A DNA stretch of 64,000 nt, taken from contig RDEW01000062.1 in assembly GCA_011109175.1 (NCBI GenBank), forward strand, positions 62,001-126,000. The letters run 5' to 3'. The notes below the pieces were generated by a model that was given only the letters and a program-made list of their open reading frames with translations, made no database searches and was not told the origin of the DNA. Origin of the DNA: Dicyema japonicum (Eukaryota > Animalia > Dicyemida). A program made the translations under genes and the position numbers. The stretch's first letter is position 1; every line of letters starts with the position of its first letter. Of the stretch, positions 62,348 to 64,000 are shown piece by piece.

Positions 62348-63534
62348 ATGATTGTCAACTTGATTCTATTCTTTTTCTCCACTTGTGGCGAAAATGACTA
62401 CCCAAGACATTGGTGATTATTTCAAGTGTTTATTGTTTTAGGTTATCAATGTCAGCGATTAAAGAAGATTATAAACCGGTCAACGACATTCTTTCATTGG
62501 CAATTGAAATTAAGAACTACTGCAGTAAAGAGTATGGCCTTCAGTACAACCAAATTAAATTATGTCGTCAGAATCCTTCTCATATACGCGTTCTTGTAAA
62601 AGCTGCTAAATTGGCTTTAAAAGAGTGCCGGCGAATTTTTGTAAATGAACGATGGCAGTGTGATCCAAGTCATTTTTCTAACTTTTCGAAAAAATCAAAT
62701 TCAAAATATTCCCTATTCTCTTATGTTCTTAGTTACGGTTTAATATACACATTATTTTTAGCTAACAGAGAAACCGCGTTTTTATACGCTTTGTCTACTG
62801 CAGCATTGCATCATGTACTAGCTGAAGAATGTAAAAATGGGAAGCTACCACGAGACTGTGGATGTTCTTTAGGCCCTCCTCCTGATTACATGGATAAGTG
62901 GCAGTGGAAGGGATGTGGAGATAATATAGAATACGGAGAGGAATTTTCAAAGAGATTTACTCAAAATAAAGAAAATGTAGAGTATGATATTACTTCACAA
63001 CATAACAGTGCAGTCGGCGTTAAAGTATCAATATCCTTTTTAAAATATATTGATTATATTTTTAATCTTTAGGCTGTGAAAAAAATGGCAGAAATTGAAT
63101 GCACGTGCTACGATATGGAAGAAGGATGTGAAGCAAAAACCTGCTGGCAAAAGTTGTCTCAATTTAGTAAAGTGGCTGACTATATTCGAGAGTTATATAA
63201 CTCTGCTGTACAAACAACAGTGGTAGACGGTAAATTGAGAAATCAGTTCCCGACGGATACATTAATTGAAGATACTTTAGTTTATCTTGTCAGTTCTCCT
63301 AATTACTGTGATCGTTTTGAAGACTATGAAATCAGGGGGACACAGGGAAGAGAATGTAACCCAAGAAATGAATCTCAATATAATCTTCCCAGATGTGATG
63401 AATTGTGCTGTGGAAGAGGATTCGTCAGAAAGGAATTGATTAAAGCGGAAAATTGTAACTGTCGGTTCGTATGGTGTTGTCGTGTAGAATGTGACACGTG
63501 CTATAAGAAGCAAGTTATATACTATTGTCGGTAA
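62348..63534 (+). CDS. Wnt: Wnt family ligand, 4 exons, lacking the canonical lipidated Ser
   Basis: Signal peptide MIVNLILFFFSTCG; introns 62413-62441 (29 nt), 62738-62761 (24 nt) and 63025-63072 (48 nt); ERWQC, NRETAF, WQWKGCGDN, KTCW, SPNYC, LCCGRG and CNCRFVWCCRVEC; AATAAA at 63562. Confidence 0.95.
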
Positions 63535-63945
63535 TTTGATTGTAAAATACTAATTGATCTTAATAAAATAATTTTTGTTTGCTAAATTATTAAAGATATC
63601 GGTTATTACATTAGAGTAGAAAAAACCTGTTAACCAAGGTTAATTAATCGGAGGATCGATATGGTGAAGTACCTCTATTGCTGGGGATGTCTATTTATCA
63701 TTTCACTTCTTCTCATGATCTTAACAGGGGTGATGAATTTTGGATACGTCGGAAACTCTATGTTTTGAACGGATAAAGTGTCAAATACACAAGTATCTAG
63801 GTTCAAACTTCTCCCGTCCTGGGCGAGTGGTTGTCATTTCACACTCTTCAACAGAAAAACAGCTGTCTTTTCGGGTTTTTTTGCTTTGATGTCAAGTTGT
63901 GTCAAAAATATTTATTTTTGACATTTTTTTTTTTTATTACAAAAT

Positions 63946-64000
63946 TTATTAACAATAAAATATTATTTATTAACTATGGGGGAGAGCGGCTGCTGACATC
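63946..64000 (-). mobile_element. CRE-clade 3' end (continues beyond the window)
   Basis: Near-identical to 25263-25315 and 27258-27313. Confidence 0.8.

Noticed and set aside
1-64000. Alternative genetic code or programmed frameshifting
   Set aside because: Intact genes (Wnt, CLIC, MTPN) translate with the standard code once micro-introns are removed, and the frame breaks share no slippery motif.

Overview
AT-rich eukaryotic (metazoan) genomic DNA, not prokaryotic. Compact host genes are split by very short GT-AG introns (mostly 22-30 nt), so the six-frame ORF track fragments them. Recognisable genes are a WASP/WAVE-family C-terminus, a divergent POU homeobox, myotrophin, an FMNL-type formin, a GAK-type kinase (disrupted), Exo70/EXOC7, CLPTM1-like, an IBR-domain fragment, KSR, an intronless CLIC and a complete Wnt. 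Intergenic DNA is filled with decayed mobile elements: CRE-clade and R4/Dong-like restriction-like-endonuclease (RLE) LINEs, RTE and other APE LINEs (two with 2A-like motifs), a tRNA-derived SINE with a TSD, a TGT..ACA MITE, Gypsy/Ginger-like integrase remnants, and pogo and Tc1/IS630 fragments. Tiny introns plus highly diverged metazoan genes suggest a reduced parasitic animal such as a dicyemid (inference only). The main highlights are a Wnt whose palmitoleoylated Ser motif (CKCHGxSGSC) is replaced by acidic CTCYDMEEGC, a stop-codon-overlapping 3' hairpin shared by about ten LINE copies, 2A-like motifs before LINE APE domains, a microsporidia-like R4 element and a KSR with DFG->NFG. All family calls come from motif recognition by eye. 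No searches were run, and many boundaries are approximate.
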